A stretch of DNA of 62,430 nt, the filler included, from Nemertoderma westbladi (Eukaryota; Animalia; Xenacoelomorpha), in NCBI GenBank assembly GCA_032718475.1. It is 3 parts of 3 records of this genome, joined end to end, with 100 filler letters (N's around TTAATTAATTAA, not from the genome) between each part and the next. Parts side by side here need not be neighbours in the genome. Positions count along the whole stretch, not along the records: positions 20,907 to 46,941 come from JAUCBJ010006015.1; 2 more parts are not named here. One strand, written 5' to 3'. The notes below the pieces were generated by a model. That model was not told where the DNA came from. It made no database searches and saw only the letters and a program-made list of their open reading frames with translations. Shown here piece after piece: positions 23,674 to 35,859 of the stretch. The position numbers and the translations under genes were made by a program. Position 1 is the first letter of the stretch. Each line of letters begins with the position of its first letter.

Positions 23674-26600
23674 ATTATTATTATTTATTAATTTCGTGCA
23701 TATGAGTTAAGTTGTACACAGCACAGAATAAGTAAGTATGAATTAAGTTTTACACAGCACAAAGTAAGTACGTATGAAGTAAATTTTACACAGCATAGAA
23801 GAATAACTATTTAAGTAAGTACTATAGAATTGTAGACAGCACCAAATAAACGAAATCAACTCGTACAAACAAAGTTTAGTATAGTATTTAACTCATTCAT
23901 AGAGAATCCAGGAACCTCCTTATAATTGTATCGACAATCTGTAATGTATCATCTACAAATGCTACTGTAAGATATAGCCCGTGAATCAGGAAACCAAATA
24001 ATATTGTTACACAATTTACTGTTTCTAAGGGGACCACATTCGCCTTAAATTAGCACCAGATATAGTTCTGCAATCAGATAAGCACAACTCGGCCAAAAAT
24101 TGTAATGAAGGTTTCATAGCATTTGATTTTAAATTTTCAGTAAATTTCAAATATCTACTAACAACCATAGATTTTGGATATAGGAATGGCACAATATTTT
24201 CAACAATGAATCTGTGTGTGTTAAATGGTAACTTCCAAACAAGTCTTATATTAATATTCCAAGATGAAAACAAACGAGTACATTCTTTAGACCAAATATC
24301 CCAAAGACAACTACCATAAAATGATGTTGCATAGATACGTTGTAATTCTGACAATGAGCTAGGATGTAGATAATGAAATTCTTGTCTTAAACTACTTAGT
24401 TTACCGATAAATTGACCCCTTTTTATTAAAATATCACACGAAAACAAACCAGTATAATGAAAAATGTTGCCCAAAATGTTGAATCTGTTGCACCCAAGGT
24501 AAATCTGCATTATTTAACGAAATATTAGCCATTGGAGGCTTCCAATTAAACCCAAAAGGAATGCATTTAGTTTTATTTTTATTTGGATCAGTATTAGTAC
24601 TAAACTTCATATTATATTCCTTCGCAAAAACTGTGCATAAATGAACCATGAACTGTAAACCAATTATAGAAGGGCACAATAATAAAATATCATCAGCATA
24701 TATAAAAATACCGAAGTATCTAGAACCAATATGACACCCCACCTGTGAGTCTCGAAGTTTCTGTACTAGCGAATTTAGTATAACGCAGAAGAGGACAGGA
24801 CTGGCGACTGAACCTTGCCTGACTCCATTCGATATCCCAAAAATGTTAGAGACATGACCTCCCCACTTCACCCTACATGATTGCCCCCTATATATAGACA
24901 AAACGGTTCTAATAAATAATGGCGAGAAACCTTTTTTTAACAGTTGTAGGAATAGCGAAACCCAGTCAACCATATCGAATGCCTTGGACAAGTCCATAAA
25001 ACATCCATAAACAGGAGTGGAGAACCTCGAATAAACGAGACAACTTCACTAGAGGCCCATGTACACATCGACGTACTGGAATCCTTCAGGAAGCCAAATT
25101 GGAGTTCGTCTACTTGTAAGGAATCATGTTGCGAGAGAACCATGACCCACTCAAAGACCTTCAGAATTAGTGACGAAATGGCAATCGCTCTGTAGTTTGA
25201 TGACCTGGAGATATCACCTAAACTGTCCTTCACCAGCGGAACTAGTGACGTAATTAAAATAAATTTAGGAACTGACCCGTGCACCAAACAAGCATTAAAG
25301 ACAACTGAAAGTAATTGCGCAAACTTCAGAGGTGCATTTATAATACAATCCGAAATGAACTGTCCAGAGACATCCAATTTACCAGTTTTCAATTTGGCAA
25401 TAGCTGCCTCAACGAGACCTGGAGTGACCCACTGACTTTCCCCCACGGGGAGGTTTTCAATGCCATTCTTAATACGAGACTCTAAATTATTGAAATCCGT
25501 AGTATATCCCTGGTTATACAAATCCGCATATATCGCAGCAAATTTATTCGATATACCTTCTCCCGATGTTTCCCCATCAACAACATGACTCAACCCAGTT
25601 AAATTACCTCTTAGTTTCCTTATTTCATTGAAAATATCTCCAATATTATTTAGCACATATTCCAAAAACTTATCCCGGCAAATTTGATCTATTTTACCTT
25701 TTAATCGCCTAACAGCATAATTTATATTGTAAATTTGCACGTCTACTAACATGAAACAAATTGCTCTGAGACGCATTGGGCCTTCCAGCGGACACCCACA
25801 CATTATGCCAAAAAATAGTTTCATCGCGATAGGGTCGCACATGTTCATTCCAACCAGGTAAAGTGGGGTGGTCTGATTGGCCACTATGCATTACAGGCTT
25901 AGGCAGAGATTGTACTGCAATATCTAAAGCTTCTAGTATATTAAACGCAAAAGTATCAATATTACCAACATGTAAACTGTCAACACAAAATAGATTATCG
26001 CAATCAGCACATTGTAAATTTAAGCCCTGTAAATTATTATCTAAAATATTTTTAAAATTCGTTCTTTGATCCTCGTTTGCACGACTGTAACTCGGACAAC
26101 CACTTGACCCATTACTGACCACTGGGTCGGCCCCAAAATCTTCAACAGCGAATTTAGCGTAAACTGGGCTATGGTTAGACATGTTTGCACCATTATGAAC
26201 CACACCACCCTCTGCGCAATTATTTAAACAGTTATGTGTCATAATAAAATGGTCAATTATACTAGTAGACACATTATTGTCTACTACTTGCATATAAGAG
26301 TAATCAATTGGAAATTTATTTCATAACAATTCTAAATTATTATCCCTAACAAATGATGACACCAAATTAACATGTGCAGTATTCCTTATAAAGTCAGAAT
26401 TAAAATCACCAGCTATAATTATGTTTGGTGTGTGCACTGTAGAAATTAGATTACATAAATCATTAATTAATATTAGAAAATCATCAGATACACTGTTAGA
26501 CCGTCTATCTACTGGGAAATAAACATTAAGAACTACAAACGATTTATCCGGTAAAGTGAACTTTACACCCTGCAATCGTGAGTTATTTGATTCACATTTG

Positions 26601-27490
26601 GAAGCGAAACTAGCCAAGGCAGGATTAATTAGCAGACTCAGACCACCTGATGGACGCCCTGATTGTGAATCATTACTATATTGCGCAGGAACATGAAAAC
26701 AACGAAAACTAGGAAATTCTTTACTAATATAACTAAATTTAGCTTCAGTTTAAAATGCTCCTGCAAGCAGACAATATCTGCACCAGGCAACAAACACTTT
26801 ATAAAATAAACTTTATCAGCTCCAAAACCTGTGCTATTATACGATACCATAGATATAGTGCGATGTAAAGCGGGTGAGTTGGTTTTGGTAGCCATTGTTA
26901 GTTAGTTATTATTAAACAAGAAGTATTAAACTGGTTAAGAAAAAAAAAATAAGAAACTGAAAAATATATATACAGAAATATTAAGTATGCATTATATATC
27001 AATACAAGGTTACACGTTTGAGGTCCTTTCAACATTATTACCGGTACCCCTCCACTGATTTATATGGCCTTTGGAATAGTTAATCCACTTTCGGACGAAT
27101 ACTCCTCTCGGCCAGAACGAAGGTTCCATAACCTTATCCAAATCAGACTTACTGACCTTAATCCTGAAACTGGACGACCATGAACTGGGTGGAGACACCT
27201 TAGCAATTGCACCTTCTTCCACTGTGACTCCAAGAGACATAAGATCCTCTGATAGATCCTTCGCCGTAATCTCGTTGTCCAATCTGCATACATAAATCTC
27301 CGGAGGGGGGCCCACAGCAGCACGCAACCGTAGCCCTCCACTGCTCCCAGTGCCGGTAGGGCTCTTAGTTCCCTCCATACAAGCCCGCCTACGAGGCCTG
27401 ACTTTCATCCATGGGTTATTCGGATCATCCCTAGGATTTATATCGGAATTATCAGCGGAGTTGATGTACCTGCTGTTGCAAACAGTAAAC
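23674..27490 (-). mobile_element. Near full-length APE-RT non-LTR retrotransposon (ORF1 C-terminus plus frameshifted ORF2); clade uncertain, possibly RTEX/Proto2-like
   Basis: ORF1 with RRM-like EIYVCRL...SFRIKV...FWPRGVFVRKW (27010-27490). APE SYNSTG, CLQEH, AGDFN, IDHF, SNHSP (25709-26895). RT DLSKAFD, GVRQG, YADD. 3' UTR tandem repeats and (AAT)n tail. Confidence 0.88.
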
Positions 27491-28605
27491 TCCGCGATAC
27501 GGGATACTGGAGTTGGCAGTATGGATGCCAACCGGTGTGTGTGTTATACGCGTCGCCGCGTCCATAGGCTGCTAAAAGCTGTGGTCTGGATATAATAGGC
27601 CGAAAGGCCGCTGAAATAACTGAGTTTTTACTCTCAGTTGTTGTAATCACAGAACATAATAATAGCACATTCAGAATATAATAGCACGGTAGTGACGACG
27701 ACGGTTAAAAACCGGTCTCACAACTGTATTGAAATCAACTGAATCAGAATCAATAAGTGCAACGGTTATATTATTAACACATATTAATCACCTCTACTCT
27801 ACTGAATGGCCTGTCCAATAGATGCGCTCTAATCACTTCCAATCTGTTTTCCCCACCCATCATTGGCTTATCCTGATTAATTGTCACCTCGCCACTCCCT
27901 GCTGCCACTGTCCCCACGTGCTAGCCTTGATAGCCCCTTTATCCCTCTGAGATGGTTTGACCTCTCAACTTTCCTTGTGGCTGGCGATGTGTATCGCCCA
28001 AATTGGTTATTAGGTGACATTACTTATTGGTAATGTCACCTTTCCAATTATAATTGGTAAAATGCCACTAAGCCCATTTTCGGTGGGTAGTGCATGGAAT
28101 TGAATCCGCTTACACCCCCCCCCCCCCCCATGCTATCTTCCCGGTGAGAAGATAGCATCAACCTTAAGTGCGCTTCAATTCCGCTGGAATCCAATCTAAT
28201 ATTGGATGTTGGAAGGAATTTTCTTCTCGGGGTCAGCTTTCCACGCCTGCTCCCCTGGGTCTGTTATCACTACCCATCCTTGGTACATCTGTGAGCTAAG
28301 CTGTACCAAGGCATCTGGTGTCTCTGTTTTAGACGATCGCCCTCACTCCTCACACAATTTTACCTCTCGGACTTTGTTGTCCCTTCCTCTCTCACCAGTC
28401 CCTTAGGACTCATCCCCCTCCATGCTCGCTCCCCACACTCGGACCTCGCACCCCTTACTTTTCTCCCTTAACTCTAGCACCTTCTCCCCATGCTCCCCTT
28501 ACTCAACCCGTTTTATCCTCACTCACTTCTGTCGGGCCTCACATTCTCGTTCTCACACTCAAGAAATGTGATCCGTCTAATGTCTCGTCCTCCTGTTCTA
28601 GTCAA

Positions 28606-29151
28606 TTAGTCCCCAGTCCCACTAGCTAGTTGGAAAAAGGTTGTATTTGACAATAGTACGTATATTATATATTCGTCTACACGACGTGTCTTAACGCCCC
28701 CCCCCCCCCCCCCTCCCCCCCCCCCTCTTTCGGAAGTGATATGACTCGTCTCTCCCCGTCTCGCCCCCCATTTAAGTGAATCCGCAAGTCCCGCACCGTA
28801 TTCCTCTCGGAACTTGTTCCACTCCATTGGCTTGTGGCACGTGAGTCCCATCAACTGACCCATCGCCACGACTCCGTATTGTCCCGTGTTATCCATCAAT
28901 CCTAATCCATCAGGTTTCGTCATAGCCATGTAGACTACCTGCATGTCCAGAAGATTCGGGGTGCCCGGTCCAATAATCCTCTCTGCGTTGCCGCGTATCG
29001 CCGATCCAATCTCGATCGCAGTCTTTGACCTTACCAGCTTCTGCATCGCATCCGCATCCAGTAGGCGGTTCAACTTTGGCCCGGTCTTCTTACCATAGGT
29101 CGCTAGGTCAAGCAGAAAAATAACTCCGTTCACCGCCACTAAATGCAGCAA
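28606..29151 (-). CDS. Unknown ORF in the 3' region of BEL element 2
   Basis: About 140 protein-like codons before a poly-G run, on the same strand as gag. An upstream ATG at ~29190 is followed by an in-frame TAG. Confidence 0.4.
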   Translation of the reverse strand: MLHLVAVNGVIFLLDLATYGKKTGPKLNRLLDADAMQKLVRSKTAIEIGSAIRGNAERIIGPGTPNLLDMQVVYMAMTKPDGLGLMDNTGQYGVVAMGQLMGLTCHKPMEWNKFREEYGAGLADSLKWGARRGETSHITSERGGGGGGGGGGVKTRRVDEYIIYVLLSNTTFFQLASGTGD

Positions 29152-29569
29152 TATAGTTCTACTCGACCGCTATACGATAAACTCCTTCATAGTTTCTCCG
29201 CCATCACGATTCTCCTCTCTCACCAGACTGGTGGTGCCTTAGAAAGGCTCAGTAGAGCAAGAGATAACTAAGTATGGTCTTAATTAGTTTAAATCGGTGA
29301 TGGCGTACCTCCTATCTGCGTTCTGCCTATGTGTTCACTCCCCAACCTTAACTGATGTGCTATTACATTATCTACTACTCAATTATTATGTAAGTAATTC
29401 ATCACTACTTGTCTACAGAGAAGACTAGCTACAATTTTCTTACTCTTGTACTAGCTTCCTACCAGAGACCCTTCTGGCTCTGTAGCAATGTTCTAACTCT
29501 AGCACTACGGGCTATGCGCTACAGTAGTCTAGTTTGTGTGGCCTACTTAGTCTATCCTACCACGCCTAC

Positions 29570-29960
29570 ATATCCTCCTCAACTCCTCATGTGGCGCCCT
29601 CAGTGCCCACAAATTTACGGTACTATGTACCCTTCTACTACGGTATGCGTACATACCCCCCCTCAACCCCTGTGGCGCCCTCAGTGCCCACAAGTTTACG
29701 GTACTATGTACACTTCTACTACGGTATACGTACATACCCCCCTCAACTCCTCACGTGGCGCCCTCAGTGCCCACAAGTTTATGGTACTATGTACCCTTCT
29801 GCTACGGTATGCGTACATACCCCCCTCAACTCCTCATATGGTGCCCTCAGTGCCCACAAATTTATGGTACTATGTACCCTTCTATTACGGTTTGCGTACA
29901 TACCCCCCCCCCCCCCCCCCCCATCAACTCCTCACGTGGCACCCTCAGTGCCCACAAATA
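29570..29960. repeat. Tandem repeat, ~83-bp unit x ~4.5, inside BEL element 2
   Basis: gtggcgccctcagtgcccacaaatttacggtactatgtacccttctactacggtatgcgtacatacccc recurs. Confidence 0.9.
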
Positions 29961-32900
29961 GTGCATATGTAAATTAGGTACGTTGGTACATTTTTGTACC
30001 CATCCGACTATTGTAACTTATTGTAACTACCTACATTTATACATGTATTATGTATTATGTACGTTGGTACGTCCATACCCATCAGATGTACATAATGCCT
30101 ACCTACAGCGTACCTTGGTACTAGTGTTTTACTACTTATTTTATTTTATTTTATTTATTTTTATTTTGTTTAGTGTGTGGGAAGGGCGTCTCGCCCTCAT
30201 TCCCACCCCCCTCAGTCCAATATATTGGACAACTCAACTACCTAAGGGTGATTCCTCCAGCAGGCAGCTCTCCCACTGCCCCCCTGTAGTTCATCTTATT
30301 CTCCGCCCCACTGTCCTTGTCGATTCCAAATCTCTTGGATCTGACTTTCCCTTCTCCTCTACCCGAAGATCGGATCGTTCCAACTCCTCACAGAACTCCT
30401 CATCATCCCCTTGCAGCAAAATGCCACCCTTCATCTTGTCATCAATTGGCAGTAGAATGCCGCCCTTCATGTCATCCTCACTGGTACATGCCACCTCTGC
30501 TGGCCTCCCCATCGATATGTGCGCCGGCGTTAAAGCCCCCGATGACCCTTGGTCATCCTTCGGTACGCATAATGGCTTACCATTTAATGCCCCCTCACAC
30601 TCTGTCAGCCCTGTGTGCAACACGTCTCCTCTAACTTTCCTGTCTCCTTTGTCACCCTTTGTCATCAGCTCCTCTCCCTTTGGATTAACCTTCTTACATC
30701 CTCTCCCTTTCCACCTTGTCTTCTTATTCGACCTCCTTAGTATCGGTATACTTCTTTAAACCCTCTGAGATCGGCGTCTCTTCCGGACATCTCTCCGGAT
30801 ACCTCGCCATCCACTCTTCCCCATTCCCATACCGATACTCGCCTGGAACGTCTTTGTTCCATCCCATCACATCGCCTCTAGGTCCTGTGCGTCGAACCCA
30901 TTCTCCTCTGCCCACTCCCTTGCTGTTACTTGTCGTCCTGTCTCCTCTACCAACGGTACTTCTCCGGATTCGTCCTCCACCCTTTCCACTATATGTGGAT
31001 CCAAATCCATACCCATCCCCGACTCCTGGTGATCCTTCCCCGGGCTGCTTCTCATATGAGACCTCCCCATCACCCGTCTTTGACTTCTGCTCAGGCCGCT
31101 TCCCATATGGGACCTCCCCATCGCCCATCTTTGACTTCTGCTTGGGCCGGTCGCCCGTCTTTGGTTTCTGCTCTATGTCCTCAACGGTACCGGACAGCAT
31201 GCATCCAGATGTTTCGGATACGCCCAATGGTGTCCTCGTCTTAATTGGGCCAGTGAGCGTCCACCCGAATGGCGTGAGAATGGCCATCGGGTCTCGCTCT
31301 CTGTCATCGCCGAAAATGGTTTGTAGTCTCTCGTGGGCCGTCGGACAGTCCATGCCAACTATGAGAGACACTTTTGGGACGTCCAGTTCCAGTACGGAGA
31401 AGTCGATGTCATCCAGGTACCGGTACTGCTCGATCTCGACCTTTGTAGGTCGCCTGGCGTTAATGTTGATCGACTCTATTATCTGAATGGGTTCGAAGGT
31501 AGCCCCATAGTCGCACCCTGGCATTATCGCTGCAATCTCGCATCGTCCCCTCCTCATCTTCATGACCTCGTCTTTGCTTGAGATTGTGGTCACCACCATT
31601 TTACTTGGCCTGGTTCGTAATCCTATCTTCATGGCCACCCAACTCTCCGTTAGCGTGAACGCTGCTCCACTATCGACCAACATTAGTGTTGTAACCGATA
31701 GCCCATTCTCTCCTATTATTCTCTCTGGTACTACTCCGAGTAGTACTGTCCTCTTCCTCCTTGCTCCCATGGTGCTCGTTGCCATGGTTTGGCCTCCAGT
31801 CCCATCATTCTCGGCATATTTTATCAGTGGTTCCTGGCATTCATCCTTTCTGTGTCCTCCTACCGCGCATTGATGACATAGTCCATTCTTACCAGTGTAG
31901 GCTATCCGATCTTGTTTGAGTAACGCCTGCCAATGCTTACAGTCTATGGTCTTATGGGTCCCATCTCTATGCAATTGACATTTGTATTCGGGATTGTAGC
32001 GTTCCTTATATAGCGCTTCACGTATTGCACTTAGATTCATATCTAGCGGTTTAGTGTTTTGGTTACTTGGACTCGGCCTACTGGGGGTATTGGGTTTGTA
32101 TTTGTTCGTGTTGTTACTTTGTTTCTGTCCCTGCCACGGTGTCGCTCTACTCCCAGCTCTCTGTGGACTTGAAGTCCCCTGTGTGGCCGCATGCGGTAGC
32201 GACTTGTCTCACTTTCGGAAATGCATCTGCCGGACTATGTTCCAGTTTAGGTTGGCTGTATTCCGTTTTCTGTATCTTGCCTAGACTGTCTTCACTATAG
32301 TCTGGATCCGTTATTAGCTCCGCCTCGTAGTTCAGGAAGTTCGACATCTCCTCCAACCAGGGCTCCGCACCATTCTTTTCTCGAGTGGAGAAATCAATCT
32401 TTCTCCATTTGTTTCTGAGCCAAATCTGTAGTGCCTGCGCTATCGTGGTGATGTTGTTCGATGCATTGAGTTCGTAAAGTGCATCTAGAGTCTTTAACAC
32501 TATCAGTGCTTTCTCTACTTTGTTAGCGAAAGTCTTGATGCTAACGGGGTTATCTGCGAGTCCGCCTGATGTTATTCCCCTTAAGGTTTGTTGGATAATC
32601 TTCGCAGGATGGCCGAATTCCCTGTCCAGGGCTTGCCATGCAGTCGTGAATCCTCCTTCAATACCTTGGTATTGCCTCACGATGTCGTAAGCTGGCCCCC
32701 CTGTATAGACTTGTAGGTATTTAAGGCACTCCGCCTGTGTGAGATTTTTTGTCAAAATCTTATTACTGTACATTCTCTGGAACTGTAGATATTCTTCCGG
32801 CTTGCTACCATCAAACTTGAAAGGCTCCACTGGTGGCAGCTCAATTCTAGTTTTCAGCGCATCGATGAGTGTTGCCATTCCCATCGCTTAAACTTCTAGC

Positions 32901-35859
32901 GCGCTCGATGGTAGGGATGCAGGCTCCTTTAATGTTGGGTATGCTTCGCCTCTCAGGTTTGTCGACTTTCCCTGAGTGGGATATATCACCGGGGGTAGTG
33001 GTCCCCACCATATCTCTGTGTCACACGATTTGTTTGGATCTGAGGGGGTCGGGGTTTTTGTTTTTGGTTGTTTGTATTAAGGATACTGTAATGGGGGAAT
33101 GTCACCCTTTCCCCCCTCCCCCCACCGATGTTATATTTGCTACTGGGGTAGATGTCACTATATTGGGGCCCATACACCTATCTGCAATACCCCCCCCCCC
33201 CTCCCCTGGGTATATATTGTATCCCTGCATGTTATAGTCATACTGGTGTGCAGGTACCGGTATAGGCCTATCAGGTTCCTGCCTACTAACCGGTATGTAT
33301 GCCGCTACCTCTGGGTCCAATCCCGGCATTCACGCTACCCTATCGCCTACACTATCTCTCCCAGCATGGCCTATAGTATGTGCAGTAAGTCCTACAGTAT
33401 GTCCTGCAGTCTGCCTGTGTCCTTCTGGATCGAAGTTTAGTCTTCTCGAATATTCCGAGAACTCCTCCCCGCGACTACCATATCCTCGATCGGCAGCTAC
33501 GTTCCGACAGGAGGTTTCCCTCCGATCCCTTCCTTGGTCTTCTTCCTCATATTGGTACACTCTGTACCCCTCTCCCAGTGTGTGGTATGTTTCGCGAACC
33601 AGCCTCGCTCTCTGATAAACCCATTTTTGCCAGTTCTAATTGGCGTTTCTGGTTCGTCTGATATTGCATTAACCCCCTCAACCGAGTATGCACATCATCC
33701 CGTATTCATTTACCCGCCCTCTCTCTCTCTCTCTATCCTCTCCAATACTCTGGTCGGGTAACTCTGCCTCAATCACCTCCCTCTCTCTGCGCTCGTTCAC
33801 TTCTCTATCAATCCTCTCAGCTCTCCTTGCTTCCCGCTCTTTGCGCTCATTCCCTTCCCTCGTCTCTCGCTCTTTTCACTCGTTCTCTTCCCTCGTCTCT
33901 CGCTCTTTGCGCTCATTCTCTTCCCTCATCTCTCGCTCTTTGTGCTCATTCTCTACCCTCGTCTCTCGCCCTTTGTGCTCACTCATTTCTCTCCCATCAC
34001 GCTCTCTATAGTTTCTCGCCACCCTCTCGGCCCTCTCTTTACACTCTCTCACTAGTTCCCTTTCCCTTTCTAGCAACCCAGTCCCCTCATCCAGCTGTCT
34101 CTCTAGTTCCTTTTGATCCAGCGCGACTATGTCTAGCTGACACGCCAGATCTATCTCTAACACCCTTCTTGCTTTCGCGGAGGATGTAGCAGACTTTTCG
34201 GTTGCGACGGATCCCGTCGCCTGCTCGTCCTACTAATTTTCCCATGCTTACTAGCATTCCTACTAACCGACGACACTGAATCTTCGGGGTTAACCTCAGA
34301 TTCGGCGTCGTGCGGGTCCGCCCATCCCACTAACTTAATCCCCTCGCATCTACCAGATGGGCCCTATGTACACCACACTAGGCGCCACCACCTCGGATCG
34401 CCACAATTCGAACAGTTCTGTGGCGACCCCCTCGCCCTCTCACTTGCTAGTTCCCCCTGCCCAAATCGGACTAGGTAGCGAAAATGTTTGTTGCAATCAC
34501 CTAGCCTCTGGTACAACTTGGGCTGGTCTACCTTTCCTCCCTCTCTAGCGTCTTTCAACAACTTCCTGGCGGCGTTGTACTCTCGTCATAGGCGATCGCT
34601 CGTCCCGACATCTTCCTCCTGGACTTGACCTTCCCTCCTCGTCTGGTGCCGTACCGTCGGCCCCACCATTGCCATTCCGGTGGGCCATTCGCCACCTTTG
34701 GCCACTGGTTCGCTGCTCTGATCTCGCGTCGACTCATTCCCCTCTCCTCCTCGTACTTGACTCCTCAATGACCGGAGCATTCCTCGTTGGCGAATCCGGT
34801 GTGGCGGGCCGGTACCGCCTCGTCGCTGCTTCCCAAATCGTTTTGTCTCTGTCGCTCGGGGTTTGCAGCGGGCTTGTCTCTCCCTCTGGACCTTAGGGCC
34901 TCTCGTGTTCGCTCATGTTGGTGCTGGTTGTGGTCATAGTTTATTTGTAGCTATATGTTGTCTTGTTGGCGGTTTTTAACTGTGACGGGATCCTGGAGTT
35001 GGCAGTATGGATCCCAACCGGTGTGTGTATTATGCGTCCGTAGGCTGCTAAAAGCTGTGGTCTGGATATAATAGGCCGAAAGGTCATTGAAATAACTGAG
35101 TTTTTACTGTCAGTTGTTGTAATCACAGAACATAATAATAACACAGTCAGAATATAATAGCACGGTAATGACGACGACAACGGTTAAAAACCGTTCCGGT
35201 CTCACAACTGTATAGAAACCAACTGAATCAGAATCAATAAGTGCAACGGTTATATTATTAACACATATTAATCACTGCTACACTACTGAGTGGCCTGTCC
35301 AATAGATGCGCTCTAATCACTTCCAATCTGTTTTCCCTACCCATCATTGGCTTAACCTGATTAATTGTCACTTCGCCACTCCCTGATGCCACTGTCCCCA
35401 TGTGCTAGCCTTGCTAGCCCCTTTATCCATCCGAGATGTATTGACCTCTCAACTTTCTTTGTGGCTGGCGATGTGTATCGCCCAAATTGGTTGTTAGGTT
35501 ATTATTATTGTTATTAGGTTATTACTTATTGGTAATGTCACCTTCCCAATTATAATTGTTAAAATGCCACTAAGCCCATTTTCGGTGGGTAGTGCAGGGA
35601 GTTGAATCCGCTTACAGAGGAAAATTTCAGGTCTGATGAGATTTATGAAAAGTCTGCGGAATTAGATAAGGAAAGAAAGTTAACTTGATGTATAACGAAT
35701 CACCAGTTCCAATCATCAGTGAATCTTGGATTCAGACAGCTATCTTCTCACTAGCTAGATGAAAATCACCACACACCAATAACTTGTCAGTGAAGCATTT
35801 TTGCATGTCGGATTACCAGTTTAATTGCAGGTATATGTTTATCATCGTACAGAGCTCCA

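Larger units (their letters stand above)
27495..35616 (-). mobile_element. BEL/Pao LTR retrotransposon 2, non-autonomous (gag-protease only)
   Basis: LTRs ~27495-28114 and 34981-35616. Poly-G PPT at 28115-28129. Gag ELPPVEPFKFDG (32147-32884). Zinc knuckles, LVDSGA protease and TPFGWTLTGP (30724-32040). No RT, RNase H or integrase motifs between the LTRs. Confidence 0.88.

Noticed and set aside
29409-29977. Repetitive ORFs, and a possible CRISPR-like array
   Set aside because: Units repeat in full with no unique spacers. No cas genes, and the context is eukaryotic.
29983-31486. Two ~257-aa Pro/Ser-rich plus-strand ORFs
   Set aside because: Antisense shadows of the purine-rich BEL2 coding strand.
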